From contig CM059432.1 in NCBI GenBank assembly GCA_030390025.1, positions 61,816,001-61,880,000 of the forward strand: a DNA stretch of 64,000 nt, in the 5' to 3' direction. Positions within the stretch are counted from its first letter, which is position 1. Each line of letters begins with the position of its first letter. This DNA comes from Squalus acanthias. Lineage: Eukaryota. Below, one piece after another: positions 25,901-38,920 of the stretch. The notes below the pieces were generated by a model. It ran no database searches, was not told where the DNA came from, and was given only the letters and a program-made list of their open reading frames with translations. A program made the translations under genes and the position numbers.

Positions 25901-27380
25901 AGGGGATTTCACTGAAACTTATAAAATTCTAACAGGACTAGACAGACTAGATGCAGGAAGGATGTTCCCGATGGCCGGGGAGTCCAGAACCAGGGGTCAC
26001 AGTCTAAGGATAAGGGGTAAGCCATTTAGGACTGAGATGAGGAGGAATTTCTTCACCCAGAGAGTGGTGAACCTTTGGAATTCTCTACCACAGAAGGCAG
26101 TAGAGGCCAATTCATTAAATATATTCAAGAAGGAGTTAAATATATTTCTTAAAGCTAAAGGGATCAAGGGATATGGAGAGAAGGCAGGGACAGGGTACTG
26201 AATTTGGATGATCAGCCATGATCTCATTGAATGGCGGAGCAGGCTCGAGGGGCTGAGTGGCCTGCTCCTGCTCCTATCTTCTATGTTTCTATGTTTCTAC
26301 CACATAAATAGACTTGTTAGCAAAATTAAAGCCCATGGGATTAAAGGGACTGTGGCAGCATGGATACAGAATTGGCTATGGGACAGGAAGCAGAGAGTAG
26401 TAGTGAACAGTTGTTTTTCAGACTGGAGGGAATTATACAGTGGTGTTCCCCAAGGGTCAGTATTAGGACCACGGCTCTTTTCGATCTATATTAATGACCT
26501 GAACATAGGAATACAGGGCATAATTTCAAAGTTTGCAGATGATACGAAACTCGGAAATGTAGTAAACAATGAGGAGGATAGTAACAGACTGGTAAAATGG
26601 CTGATGAAATTTAATGCAGAGAAGCGTGACATGATACATTTTGGTAGGAAGAATGAGGAAAGGCAATATGCATTAAATGGTACAATTTTAAAGGGAGTGC
26701 AAGAACAGAGCGACCTCGGGTGTATGTACACAAATCTTTGAAGGTGACAGGACTCGTTGAGATGTTAAAAAAGCATATGGGATCCTTGGCATTATTAATG
26801 GAGGAATAGAATACAAAAGCAAGGAAGTTATGCTAATCTTTTATAAAACACTGGTTCGGCTTCAGCTAGAGTATTGTGTACAATTCTGGGCAACACGCTT
26901 TAGGAAGGATGGCAAGGCCTTGGAGAGGATGCAGAAGAGATTTACCAGAATGGTACCAGGGATGAGGGTCTTCAGTTACGTGGAGAAGCTGGGGTTGTTC
27001 TCCTTAGAACAGAGAAGGTTAAGAGGAGATTTAATCAAGTTTGATAGAGTAAATAAAGAGAAACTGTTTCCAGTGGCAGAAGGATCGGTAACCAGAGGAC
27101 ACAGATTTAAGGTGATTGGCAAAAAAAAACAAAGGCGACATGAGGAAACTTTTTTTTACACAGCGAGTTGTTGTGATCCGGAATGTACTACCTGTAAGGG
27201 TGGTGGAAGCTGATTCAATAATAACATTCAAAAGCGAATTGAATAAATACTAAAGGGAAAAAATTTACAGGGCAATGGGGAAAGAGCAGGGGTGTGGAAT
27301 TAATTGGACAGCTCTATTGAAGAGCCGGCACAGGTAAGATGGGCCAATGGTCTCCTTCTGTGCTATATCATTCTACGATT
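22960..27380 (+). mobile_element. Older CR1 ORF2 (22960-23723 and 26298-27380) interrupted by a younger CR1
   Basis: RT motif DFQKAFDKV stops at 23723 and resumes as PH..RLVSKIKAHG near 26300. Confidence 0.88.
23724..26297 (+). mobile_element. Young 5'-truncated CR1 LINE with near-intact ORF2 (endonuclease C-part plus reverse transcriptase)
   Basis: ORFs 23983-25287 (434 aa) and 25284-26201 (305 aa) with QHGF, DFQKAFD, GVPQ and FADD motifs. Stop at 23941, stop/frameshift near 25285, tail CTATGTTTCTATGTTTCTA. Confidence 0.96.
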
Positions 27381-27521
27381 CATGGAGTAGCAGAAATTTT
27401 TATTTTAAAATGACCAACATAATTTGGCATGAAAGCTCTTGTATGAAAAATTTAATTGTAGCATTCCATTATGTGTTGCCATGTGTTTTTTTAAAACAAA
27501 CATACTATGCTCTCTTTGTAG

Positions 27522-27611
27522 GCTCCAGGCGAAATTTGAGAAATGACCTGTTAGTGGCAGCAGATTCCATTACAAACACAATGTCCTCTTTGGTGAAAGA
27601 GTTGAATTCGG
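27522..27611 (+). CDS. DTNA: Alpha-dystrobrevin exon: (S)[29 protein letters not shown]
   Basis: ctttgtag acceptor, gtaagt donor, 90 nt, phase 1-1. Confidence 0.97.
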
Positions 27612-28449
27612 GTAAGTGGTCGTATTTAGTAAAAATCCTATCTGCTGTATGGTATTTATATTACCCTGATACATTAATGTTATGATCAGCCTTGAGATGA
27701 AGAGAAGCCATTAGCCTTTTATGATCACTTTTCCAACCTTCAAGCTAGTTTTTAGTGACTTTGGTACCTGGACCCCTAAATCTCTTTGTTCATCTATCCT
27801 CCGCAGTACTTCCCCACTTAGATTATACCCCCATCTGCCATTCATACATCCAAAGTATACTACCTCATGCTTTGTTACATTAAACTGAATCTACCATCAT
27901 TCTGCCTACTCACTTAATCTCTTGATATCCTTTTCAATCTATACCTCCTTGCTCAGTATCATCTACATACTTGAATGAATTCCTCTCTATTCTGTAATAC
28001 AAGTCATTTTTTATATATGCTGTAAAGCTTCGGCCCAGAATTGATCCTTGTCACTACCACTTTGAATAGGTTCTACTGTTGGTCCATAGATTTACCAACT
28101 AATAATTTTTCCCATATTATTCCAGCCAATTCCTTCCTCATTCCTTCAAAGTTAGTCTTAGTTAAATCCAAAACCTTGTTTTGTGACCCTCCTTTCTCCT
28201 CTTCAAGCTGATAGTGAATTCAATTGTATTATGGTCACTATTCCCAAGATGCTGTTTTACTAGCAGGTCTCTAGTTTGTTACTCATAACTAAATCAAGTA
28301 TCGCCAGGTCCCTTGTCAGGTTGACAACATGTTGCTTTAGAAAATCTGAAATGCATTCAATAAATTGTTTACTACATGTGTTGCTATTTTTCTCCCAGTC
28401 CTTACAGACTGAAATCAATTGTTAACGTCATTATTATTCTTACAGAGAT

Positions 28450-28610
28450 GAATCGGTTTGATTCCTGGTCTGTGCTGAGTTAGCTGATCTCAGACAGCCT
28501 AGCAGTAGTGGTGCTACAGTTGGCCTCAGTGCTCAAGGATTAGGGACAGGAGACTAGACAGAATTCCTGCTCCAACCTCTATCCAATGACTCCTCTTGAA
28601 AGTGCATGAG
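28450..28610 (+). mobile_element. Old SINE of a second family (related copies about 30420-30620 and 47440-47770)
   Basis: Shared motif GAGTTAGCTGATCTCA...CTACAGTTGGCCTCAGTG...TTCCTGCT after a B-box-like GGTTCAATCCC in the 30480 copy. Confidence 0.5.
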
Positions 28611-28929
28611 GCAGACTTTCTTGTTCTTGTACCTGACACTATTGGATCATACGGGCATAGTGGAAACAGGAAACAGGATAGGGAGGAGTGTACATCCCTG
28701 ATGGAGCCTACCCGGTTTTCTGTCCATCCATTTAAATGGATGGAAAATTGGACAGGCTCCCTTATGCACTCCTGCCCGCCCGATGTTCCTGCATTTATTG
28801 TGTCTAGGTGATCCATTAGCCCCAGGCTCAGGAACAAGAAAATCTGCTCAAGTGTGTGCCAATGTTAGTTGACAACACAATCGACCTGTGAATCCACAAT
28901 GATTGAATAGCCTGCTGATCTTCATGTAG

Positions 28930-29268
28930 TACTGAGTGAGTGCTGTGCTGTGGGTGTACTTTCAGGTGAGATGATAAACCGAGGTCCCTCCTCTGCCCTC
29001 TCAGATTGATGTAAAAGATCTACTTGAAGAAATGCAGGGGAGCTCTATTGGTGTTCTGGCTAATGATTATTCCTCAACCAACAACAACCAAATCAAATGA
29101 TCTGGTCATTTATATCTTTGCTATTGATAGGACCTTGTCCGTAAATTGATTGCCACATTTGCCTACATTATAGTAGTGACTACACTTCAAAAGTACTTCA
29201 TTGTCTGAAATGCTTTGGGGGCATCCTTAGGATGTGAAAGGTGGTACAGAAATGCAAGTTCTTTTTTT
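28930..29268 (+). mobile_element. Decayed Deu-domain SINE
   Basis: Colinear with the body and tail of 33901-34362. Confidence 0.7.
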
Positions 29269-31350
29269 CCTCTGAATAATGGGCACTTGAATGAGTTACA
29301 CGGGCAAGAAGTCAACACTATCAAGAAAATGTAAAGAAACATTTGGTGAGAGAAAAAATATAAAATAGCTGACTACCTCATCTGCTCTTTTGAATCATAA
29401 ATTTCACCAGCAATCAGAGGCAAGTGAGCAGAACTCCATGCAAGTGTTTCAGTACAAACGCCTGAGGCCCGGTTTTCTCCAAAGTGAGCATCCAGTAAAA
29501 ATGCACTGCTACAAAAATATAAAAGCTGAAAAATAAATTGATTATAAGATGAAGACATATTGACCCACTGGTTATTTTGAGTCCTGCATGTGATACTCAT
29601 GAATTAAGACCAGTCACATTCATAAAGCAGTATCATTATTGTAATAACAAGTTGAATACTTTAATTGTTCAGTATCTCCACTTTCAACCATTTGCTATGA
29701 AGGGAAAGAGGGATGGTGTGAATAACTAATTTTTCTGTAGCTATCATTGATGCCATACCACACTTGGTGACGGTGTGTGCTTTGTGAAGGGACCCTCACT
29801 GATTATTTTTCCCTTTCCTCTTAGAAGGGGCCACTATCTCAAGACATTCCATTTACTATCCTAACTGATAAAAATGTTCAAGAACACCCACTCAGGGTAG
29901 CTGAGTTTGAATGTCAAGCCAGAATGGGAATTCAGAACTAAACATAAGAGTGCAGTGTTCTGAGCTATAAAGTTGTTCATGTCCTTTATTTCTACTAAAT
30001 ATAGGTGAATATATATTTCAATAAGTTTGTATTGATTTCTTTGTCTTTCCTTACAATTCAACTTGAGTACTGTGGACTGAAGGAAAATAAAAATGAAGTA
30101 ATAACATTATTGAGTAAGTGTGTGCCAAGTGACATCCCCTCCAGGAATGCAGTAGCTTTTTTGAACCATATCTAAAAATAATGCAAGAGTAGAATTTTCC
30201 ATGTCCTTTAGAGTGTGCTATAAATAAGCACATTCAATACATCGTACAGCTTGTCCATAGTGTGTTTTGTAATGCTCAGCATTATCTTTGAGAAAGTGAA
30301 GCAGTGTGAAAGTTGATAGAATGTCTAGCATAAGACTTCTGTGCAGTGAGAATAATCAGGAATAACATTTGGTATTGCATGGGTTCTTTTATTTTGAGAA
30401 TCTAGTTTATAAAAGGTCTTCTCCATGGCTTTGCTGATTAAAGCAATGCGTAGCTGAGCCATACAGACCAAGAAGGTGCTGGGTTCAATCCCAGTCTTTG
30501 TGGAATTAACTGAACTCAATTAGGGAAGCTATAATTGGCCTCAGTGTCCCAGATTTCGAAGGATAAATCATCTAGGATTCCTGCTTCTGATCACTATCCG
30601 ATAACCCCTTCTAAAAATGCATGCATACGAATGGCCCATGAGTGAGGCTACAGCTGCAGCCATCCAAACAGGTAAACCTGTTGGGAAGCCTGCGAGGTTC
30701 ACTAAGGTAAGTTTTTTTTAAATTCTTAGTGCAGACAGGAGGAGCAGGATTACTCCTTTAGGCCCATAAGGAAAGTCCAGGCTTCTGCTGCCCCAGATTC
30801 CCCCACTTCTCCCCAGCTGCCGCTTTCCACTGAAACGGCCGAGCAGCTGACCGGCAGGATCCAAATGAGGTCCGGCAGCTAAATTCTGTCTGGCCTCCGA
30901 CTTACACTCCAACATGCCAGGAGTTAAAATTAACCCTTTAGACTCATCTGAAACACAATTTCAAAATGCCAATGATGTGCTCAATTATTACTCTGGTAAT
31001 GAATGGACCACATTGTACCTTTGCTCAGCTCTTGTCCTGGGAAACCAAATAGGGTTGATCAGTCATGGCTACAGAGGATAACTTTGATATCCCAGAAGTC
31101 ATCCAGAGTCTTGTATTCCTGAGTGCTGGCACAGTGAACAACCTTAAAATGATGGTATCATGGTAGCTCACAGGGGAGCAAGCTTTTACTTGCTGGTTAC
31201 AGTTTTGCTGGTTGCTAATGAGCATTGAAAGAGTGGAATCCTTTATTGTTCAGACAAGTTGTGGCACTGAGCAAGGGAGCAAGTAGGGCCACGTGGGTGC
31301 AATATCTAGCTCCTGGACCTTCAGCATTCTTGCCACTGTGTAAAGTTAAA

Positions 31351-31860
31351 GGGGGAAAAATTTGTTAGTGATCATTTTGGGTTGTTAACATCGCCTGGGC
31401 ACTAAATTTAGAGCCCAGCAAAAAATAGCGCCAGCGATCGCTAACTTCAGTTTTAGCGCCCCAAGAGGGAGGTGGAGCGCTAATTCAAGCACTCCACTTC
31501 CTTCTTAGAGCACTAACCCTGAATATCAGGGCTTGCATTCTGCAACGCTACGCACTGGGCCACATAGCGCTGCCGCATGGAAGGGCTCTTCCCCTCATTA
31601 AAGAGGAGGTCCCAAGCCTTCAACTCTGCGGGGCCCTACCTGGACCATCGGGGAGCGGGGTGCCGTGCCAGCAGCCCGGCACTCAAGAGGAGTGCCAGGC
31701 TGCCAGATCGCGGCACGGACCCCGCGTTCAAAGACGCAACGGGCCGCGACAAGTAAGTCGGCTGATTTTTTTTCTCCCCTCCCGCCACCTCCCCTTTAGT
31801 TAGCGCTCCACGAGCCTCCTGCCACTCCGTTCCCGCCCCCTGCATTGCTCCTTGGACAAC
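31351..31860. mobile_element. Partial Harbinger-type MITE related to family C
   Basis: GGGGGAAAAATTT start, TAGCGCCCC repeats and GAGGTGGAGCGCT shared with 18279-19017. Confidence 0.6.
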
Positions 31861-32444
31861 TAGAGATAGGAGTGCCTCTGCCTGTATATTGTGGTATGAG
31901 GGACCAGCGAGTGTGTGCTATGCGCTGACCGACTGTCTGATCTCTCTGTGCCTCCTCTCGTTCTTCTTCTAAAAAGCAAAGACACAGGAGAATTCCCAAT
32001 GGAAAACCCATTATTTACTGTGCAAAATGGTATCAGGGAACTAGCAACTCTGCGCCCAATGGCAATAAGACAGATGGGGAAAGCATTTGCAACAGCAAAA
32101 ATATTTTCAAAATTGCACCAAAATCAAGAAGGATCATCTATGTGGCACTTTTGACTGAACACCCTTAAATGTTTGAGAAATGAAAAAAAATTGCTGCCAT
32201 TAATTAATATAGTGTGTAACATTTTTATGCATAAATTGTGGTATTTTTGAAGCAAATCAATCCATACGCAGTAAGGGCACAGAGTTGTAGGATTCTGTGC
32301 TGTACCAAGTCATTTGCCCTAAAGATCATTACTTGGTCTTAAGTGCTTTACCTTCCATTATGTTGTAAAAGTAGTAAAATTATATCCATATTGATAAATG
32401 ATGCAATCTTCATTCTCTTGTGCTATGTAAGGTCAGGCCTTAAT

Positions 32445-33208
32445 GGCCCAGAAATTAAACATCGATGGTTCCCGCGGGGGTAAGGATTCCCCGCGATATC
32501 GCACTCCGCGCCTACCTTTTTGTTTGGGGCCCACACGAACTTTAGTTTCAAAGCCTCTCCCTGTTGCAACCGTGCAGTGCTTGCGTATCCCAGAGGCGCA
32601 ATTAGTTCGTGCGAGCTCTGGGATCACGTGATTCAGTTAGAGCCAATGGCAGCACACCATCTTTCATTCATAGTTTTAACAGCAAGGGCTGTCAAAGCTA
32701 TGAATACTACAAACCGCCAAAAGAACAGCTAAACCTCAATTAAATTTTTAAAAAAGCCATCACATTAATAAAATAAGTATAGTTAAATAAATTAACCACT
32801 TTAAACAAAAAATTAAATTTTTGAAAAAATTTAAAATCTTTTTAAAAGTTATAAAAATAAACTTACCTTTCTTTAAAGTCTCTAAAAAAGATAAACCTGT
32901 TGAAAAAAATTTAAAATAACACTTAATTAACTACTTACCTTGTTAAAAGGGGATCCTACGCCTGCTTTCTTTATGTGTAAAATCTTCACCACTTACCTGC
33001 GCGTTCAAAGCTGAAAAAAAAACTAAGTGCACTGCGTGCGCGCAGCCTGTAGTGCGCACGCGGTTCACTTAGGAACCGCCCCCTTTGCAATTCACGAAGT
33101 GCCGGTTTCCCGCGCATGCGCAGTGCATGCAGGAAACCGACAATTCGGGATCTAATACGCGAGAGTACACAGTGCGTACTCTCGCGTATTAGGTTTAATT
33201 TTCGGGCC
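32445..33208. mobile_element. PIF/Harbinger-type MITE, family B
   Basis: TIR GGCCCAGAAATTAAAC / GTTTAATTTTCGGGCC and 3-bp TSD AAT. Confidence 0.93.
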
Positions 33209-33320
33209 AATAACTTGGTGCAATAAAAGTGCAACCCATCGCAGAACCTTCATATATGTACACAGGAGATCTAAACTATTTGTGTCACTGCTAATGGAAG
33301 TTTTGCTTTCAATTCAACAG

Positions 33321-33489
33321 AGGCCGGCAGTGAGACAGAGAGCAATGTGGATTCCGATATTGGTCGAGCTCATTTAGATGACATAGTTCCTTCACCAACT
33401 TCTGAGAAGGCCTTTCTAGCTCAGATCAATGCCAGAAATCCCAGCTATATCCACAGTGCTGCTGCAACAGGAACAATTCGAAGTGATAT
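33321..33489 (+). CDS. DTNA: Alpha-dystrobrevin exon: (E)AGSETESNVDSDIGRAHLDDIVPSPTSEKAFLAQINARNPSYIHSAAATGTIRSD
   Basis: ttcaacag acceptor, gtaagt donor, 169 nt, phase 1-2. PSPTSEKAFLAQI is alpha-dystrobrevin-1 tail sequence. Confidence 0.96.
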
Positions 33490-33900
33490 GTAAGTATGAA
33501 TAATTAGTACCTTTTTTTCATCCTGTGTTGAATGTAAATTTGAAAATTAGGCACATAGACATTGTAACAGAAATGATACTTTTTTCCTTTTTTTAATCTT
33601 TTTGGAAATTCTCTGTTTCAGTCTCTTCCCCACCCCCCCCACCCCCCGAAGAAAAGCTAAAATTAATCAACCAGCTAAACCATCTTGCTGAGAAAAGTAG
33701 ATGTTCAAATTTCTGCCAGATGGATAGACATTTCTGTGGGGTGTTGAAAACTGTTTTTCTTGCATTAAATATTTCACATAGCAGCCTTATTTTCAACAAA
33801 TGAAACATACAACAACTTACATTTACATAGCGCCTTTAACGTACTAGAACGTTCCAATACAAGCTGCTAAACAGAAAAGAGAGACTGCTTACTCCAAACT

Positions 33901-34362
33901 TGTCAGCTGTGACACAATGGGTAGCACACTCGCCTCTGAGTCAGAAGGTTATGGGTTCAAGTCCGACTCCAGGGACTTGAGCACATAATTCTAGGCTGAC
34001 ACACCAGTGTAGTGCTGAGGGAGTGCTGCACTGCCGGAGGTGCTGTCTTTCGGATGAGATGTTAAACCGAGGCCCCGTCTGCTCTCTCAGGTGGACGTAA
34101 AAGATCCCATGCCACTATTTCGAAGAAGAGCAGGGGAGTTATACCCGGTGTCCTGGTCAATATTTATCCCTCAATCAACATAACAAAACAGATTATCTGG
34201 CCATTATCACATTGCTGTTTGTGGGAGCTTGCTGTGCGCAAATTGGCTGCCGCGTTTCCTACATTACAACAGTGACTATGCTTCAAAAGTACTTAAGTGG
34301 CTGTAAAGCGCTTTGAGACGTCCGGTGGTCGTGAAAGGCGCTATATAAATGCAAGTCTTTTT
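33901..34362 (+). mobile_element. tRNA-derived Deu-domain SINE
   Basis: tRNA-like head with GGTTCAAGTCC B box, Deu-like core, tail GTGAAAGGCGCTATATAAATGCAAGTCTTT. Confidence 0.9.
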
Positions 34363-35037
34363 TGTTTATTTTGCTTTCAGACAGGAATGGCGATGCCTGT
34401 TGACAACCAGCAGCCACATCTGCACAAACATTACATATATGGAGCTCTACAAATACAGAAAGTTAACTATCACTTCCTGAACCAAGATTGTAAGAGCACG
34501 TATTTGGCAACGAGAAAGTTATAGTTTTCGTTTTGGTATCCCAGCACAAATTCAGGAATATAAATGTAAAAGGAGCTAGGACTAGAAATTCGGGGGTTTA
34601 GCGCCGGCCGTTAAGACCCGTTTTGATGAAAAAATGGCGACCAACTCACTTCTGCCCGCTTCCGGTGGGTCCCGCGGCAGCCGCCATTTTGGGGAGGTTG
34701 GCAAATCATGACGTCAATGAGTGTGCAACGTTGATTTGATGCACGATCTGCCAGTTTCAACGTTGCCACTCCACTTACCACCCTCCCTTAATCACGACCA
34801 GCTGACCAGCGTTCAGCAGCAGGAAGGAGCCCCCAGCAGCGCTATTTAAAAGGATCATCATCAACAACTTGCAGCTGACATGGTTTCTCAGTTTTACTGG
34901 CTCTGTATGAGTTTCTGCAATTCTTGTAGCTTTCTAAACTTGGTTAAAGTTGCTGAGGTCACAGGGAGGGTTGTTGCAAATGGAGAACGCCTTGATTCTC
35001 AATTAAAGGCTTCTGCTCACACCACTTGCTCACAGTT

Positions 35038-36126
35038 ATGGGGGCTCTACTTGCAGGCCCCCTCACGCTCGAGTATCTTTGGGAGAGGGAGTGGAGGCAG
35101 TGAAGAAGGGGAGAAGATGTTCGCAGAGGGAGGAGGAGGGGGGCCAGGAAGGTTCTTAGCTGGAGGCCTTGAGTCTTCAAAGAGCACTTCTCTTACCTCC
35201 ACTTAAGCGAGGAGCAGGCTCCGCTTCACCAAGGAGGTGGTCACAGAACTCTGCCACATCCTGCAACCAGACCTGCAGCCTCAGAGCAGGGCGACAACAG
35301 TTCTCCCAGTGGCCCTCAATATTTTCACCAGCGGATCCTTCCAGTCTGCAGCAGGAGACATAGCTGACATCTCCCAGTTTGCCGTCCATCGCTGCATCCA
35401 GGTCACAGAGGCTCTACTCCAGGAGAAGGGACTTCATTGTCTTCTCTCTGAACAGAGAGAAGCAGGACAAACGCGCACGTGGCTTTGCCAGGTTAGCGTG
35501 CTTCCCCATGGTGCAGGGAGCAATCGACTGCACCCATGTGACTTTGCGGGCACCGCACACCAATCCTTAGATGTTCCGTAACCGCAAAGGCTACTACTCA
35601 CTTAATGTGCTGTTGTGCGACCACGCCCAGCACATCATGATGATGAATGCCCGCTATCCTGGCAGCAGTCTTGATGCCTTCACCCCTGCGCCAGTCCGGT
35701 GTGCCAGCAATCTTCCAGCCACCACGTCAAACCCGAGGGTGGCTGCTCAGAGATAAGGGCTATATGCTCTGCACCTGCCTGATGACTCCCCTCTACAACC
35801 CCACCACTTGTGCCCAGCACTCATACGATGACAGCCATGCTGCCACCAGGAACATCATCGAGCAGACCATCGGGGTGCTCAAGCAACAGTTCCGCTGCCT
35901 TGACCACTCGGGAGGAGCCCTCCAGTACTCGCCGGTGTCCCATTTCATGGTTGTCTGCTGCATGCTCCACAACTTGACCATCATGAAGGCGCAGCCCTTG
36001 CCACCAGAGATTGCAGGACCACCTCAGGAGGAGTTGGAAGAGGAGAAGGGAGGGAAGAAGCGGGCAGCAAATCCCCGTTCTGGACGGACTGTCCGTGATT
36101 GCCTCATCAGACTCCAATTCCAGTAA
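35038..36126 (+). pseudogene. Harbinger DDE transposase (HARBI1-like), frameshifted
   Basis: FPMVQGAIDCTHV, FRNRKGYYSLNV, ARYPGS, WLLRDKGY, HAATRNIIEQTIGVLK and CCMLHN motifs across several frames. Confidence 0.93.
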
Positions 36127-36319
36127 ATGAAACCCCAGATCTCCCTTGCACACCACTTCCCCATCATCCATCCCTCTGTTGCGGAACATCACAGCATCCT
36201 CCTGGAGACAAAGCTGAAATGAGAGCCACCACAAAACACATAACCAAACAAAATTCATAAAGTTATCCAAATCCAATCAAAATGAGAATATCAACTATTC
36301 ACTCAAGTGCATTCCCTTA

Positions 36320-37111
36320 GGGCTGGATTTTGAATGACCCGTGGAGTCAGGTTTGGAGGCGTGTGGGGGGTTAAATTTGCGGGATCGGGGGTCCCGACTC
36401 CATCCCGCCTCCACGCAATTTTGACAAAATCAGTCGCGGGGTTCTCGACTCCGTCCCGCCTCCAAGAGGTGGGAGAGGCCATTAAAGCCCTTAACAAGCC
36501 CTAAATTGGCTCTGTAATGCCATTTTGAAATGTTTTAGATAGTTTAACCCTTTTCCGATGTGAAGTACGCCTGGTGTGAAACACTCCAGTGAAACCTGGC
36601 GGGAGCACAAGTGGATAGTTGACTATCAGCTGCAGGTCCACTATTACAACGGAGATGTGATGAAGGTAGTAGTAGTATTGTGATGAAGGTAGTAGTAGTA
36701 TTAGGTCTGAAAGTCGCCTCTGATGCTGCTGCATTGAATGTCTTCAGAGACTGCCTGGCCTTTGCTGGGAGAGGACCTGGATGCAAAAAAAATTGTCTCT
36801 GCTCTCTGTCTCTCTCTGCCTCTCTGTCTCTCCATTTTGCATCCAGGTCCACTCACAGCAAAAGCCAGGCACGTCCTCTCTCACCAACATCCAGTCAGTC
36901 TCTGACCTTCAATGCAGCAGCAATGATGACATCATCAGAGGCGACTTTCAGACTGAAACCACTAATTAGTTCATGGGTTCCCACATGCTGGAACTCAATT
37001 GCCCAATTAAGTGAAAATTGCATCATTCAGCCACGTTAATCTGGAGCCGGGGGGGGAACACGAAATGCGGATGACACGACCCCAACCTGACCCCAAGACA
37101 AAATCCAGCCC
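36320..37111. mobile_element. MITE family D copy nested inside the Harbinger element
   Basis: TIR GGGCTGGATTTTG / CAAAATCCAGCCC, colinear with 19066-19937. The equivalent empty site CCCTTAGT is in the second Harbinger near 51773. Confidence 0.92.
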
Positions 37112-38920
37112 TAGTGTCTGTCTTTCCTGTTCCTTTTCCTACTCTAGTGCTCCTAAGCAGTGCTCCCCCAGTGGCTGCAGCATGGCTGGTGGAAGGCTGC
37201 TGACTTTCAGTGGGGGAAAACTGCAGATGGTCTTGCACGGTGATCTCAAGCAGCTCTGGACCTAGAAGGCCCGGCTGTACACTGCACCACCTTGGCATAG
37301 GTGGCAGCAGTCTGGGCTGGCTGGCTGACTGGCAGCAACAAGGGCAATGGTGGAGTGGCAGTGGTGGGAGTAGGAATGCTGTCATCCTGAGAGAGTACAG
37401 CAGGTTCTTGCTCCACAGCCCCACCCACCCCGGGGCAGCGCCTCAACATTCTTAGCAATCTGTTGGAGCACAGATTGCTGGACTGCTGCAACACCCTGCA
37501 AGCCCCTTTCAAGACTCATAAACCCAGCAACAATGGCAGCAGTCTGAGCTTCCACTGCAGCAGTGAGACGTTGGGTCGCTTCCGCCTGTGCTGTAATGGA
37601 AGCTGCAAGATCGTCCATCACACCCAGTGGGTCCACGAGGTCTCTCCTGGAATTGTCCATCATTTTCATCCTGGAAATCATGGTCTTCAAGCTCTGCGCA
37701 AAGCCCCGCTCAATTTTGGAGCCGGACTCCTCCATGCTCCTTGACACTGACAAGAGGCTCTCTGGCAGGCTTACATTTCTGTATGCATGCCCATCACCCT
37801 TCTTCTGAAGGCCACCCCATCGAGTTCATCATCTGGATCCTGTGGAGAAGAACTCGTGTGCAAACTCGCTCTCCAGGGAGCTGGCACCCAAGCTACCCTT
37901 TCTCCCCTGGCCTGACTGCAGACCACTCATGCCCAGTGACTCACCATGTGCAGATCCTGCCTCTATACGACCCTCTGAGTTGGTGTCTATGAGTGTCAAA
38001 TGCAGTGCTGGTGTCTCTTATTCTGCTTCTTGTTTGTCTCCTCCTTCAGCTTGCTGATGATGAGGGACAGGCTGGCCTGTTAACAGTTCTTGGATGTCTG
38101 AAAGCAGAAAGGCACAAAGGTCGGGTCGTGGTGAGGGGAGTGGGGGGAAGCAAGATATCCAAGCATACACCATCAGCAGCTTGTAAGTGAGAAGAGATTG
38201 GGATGAGGGGGAAATGGGATGTGAGAAGAAGGATTAAGTATGACCATATCATCATAATCAGCAATGGTTTCAACTTCTCTGCAAACGGACACTGTCACTG
38301 CCCCTCCAATGATTTCAAGCACAGATTCCTCCAGGTCCATCAGGTTCTCTATTGTAGCTTGGCCACTTCCCGTCTGCTGTTGCTCCCTCCTGTTCTGAAC
38401 CACCTTGGCCTGCAAGAGAAAGGAAAATGTGCGAGTGAGTGCGGTGCAATGTGTTTGGGTGATGTGCCTGCCATAGTTGAATAGCTGTCAGTGTGTGCAA
38501 GGTGAGATATGGGTGTGAGTATTGCAGAAGCGGTAAGTGTGTGAGGGTGAAGTGAAGCAAGGAGTGTGAGGTCTGAGTGGTGATAGCAAGAGATTGTTGG
38601 TAGGTGAGTGATGGGGGTGTGGTCCATTGAGCAGTGTGTGAGGCTTGTGGTGCAGATGGTCGGATATGGCATTTGCTGAAGCCTTCACTCACCTTGACCT
38701 GCCGTGTGAGGTCATTAAACTTTTTTTGACACTTGGCACCACACTGGTAGCCTTGACGGATTCAGCAATCTCTTCCCACAACATTCAGCAAATGACTTTG
38801 GTTGGCCTCTTGCCTCCCTGATGGTAAAGGACAAGCCTGACTTTGTTGCACCCCCAGGACCAAGGCCGCCAGTGCAGCATCTGAAAATCTTCTAGCTCAT
38901 TCTCTAGGTTGTTGTGCCAT
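37112..38920 (-). pseudogene. Harbinger Myb/SANT-like DNA-binding protein gene, three exons, disabled
   Basis: Exon 1 38920-38693 (MAQQPRE*ARRFSDAAL...WEEIAESV...KKFNDL), GT-AG intron 38692-38410, exon 2 AKVVQNRREQQQTGSG...LEESVLEIIGG, second acceptor at 38098. Confidence 0.8.

Noticed and set aside
33901..33975. tRNA gene
   Set aside because: The tRNA-like segment continues into a SINE body present in several copies, so it is a SINE head.
35038..36126. Possible domesticated host gene HARBI1
   Set aside because: Frameshifted, enclosed by TIRs and a TSD, and present as several decayed copies, so it is a transposon transposase.
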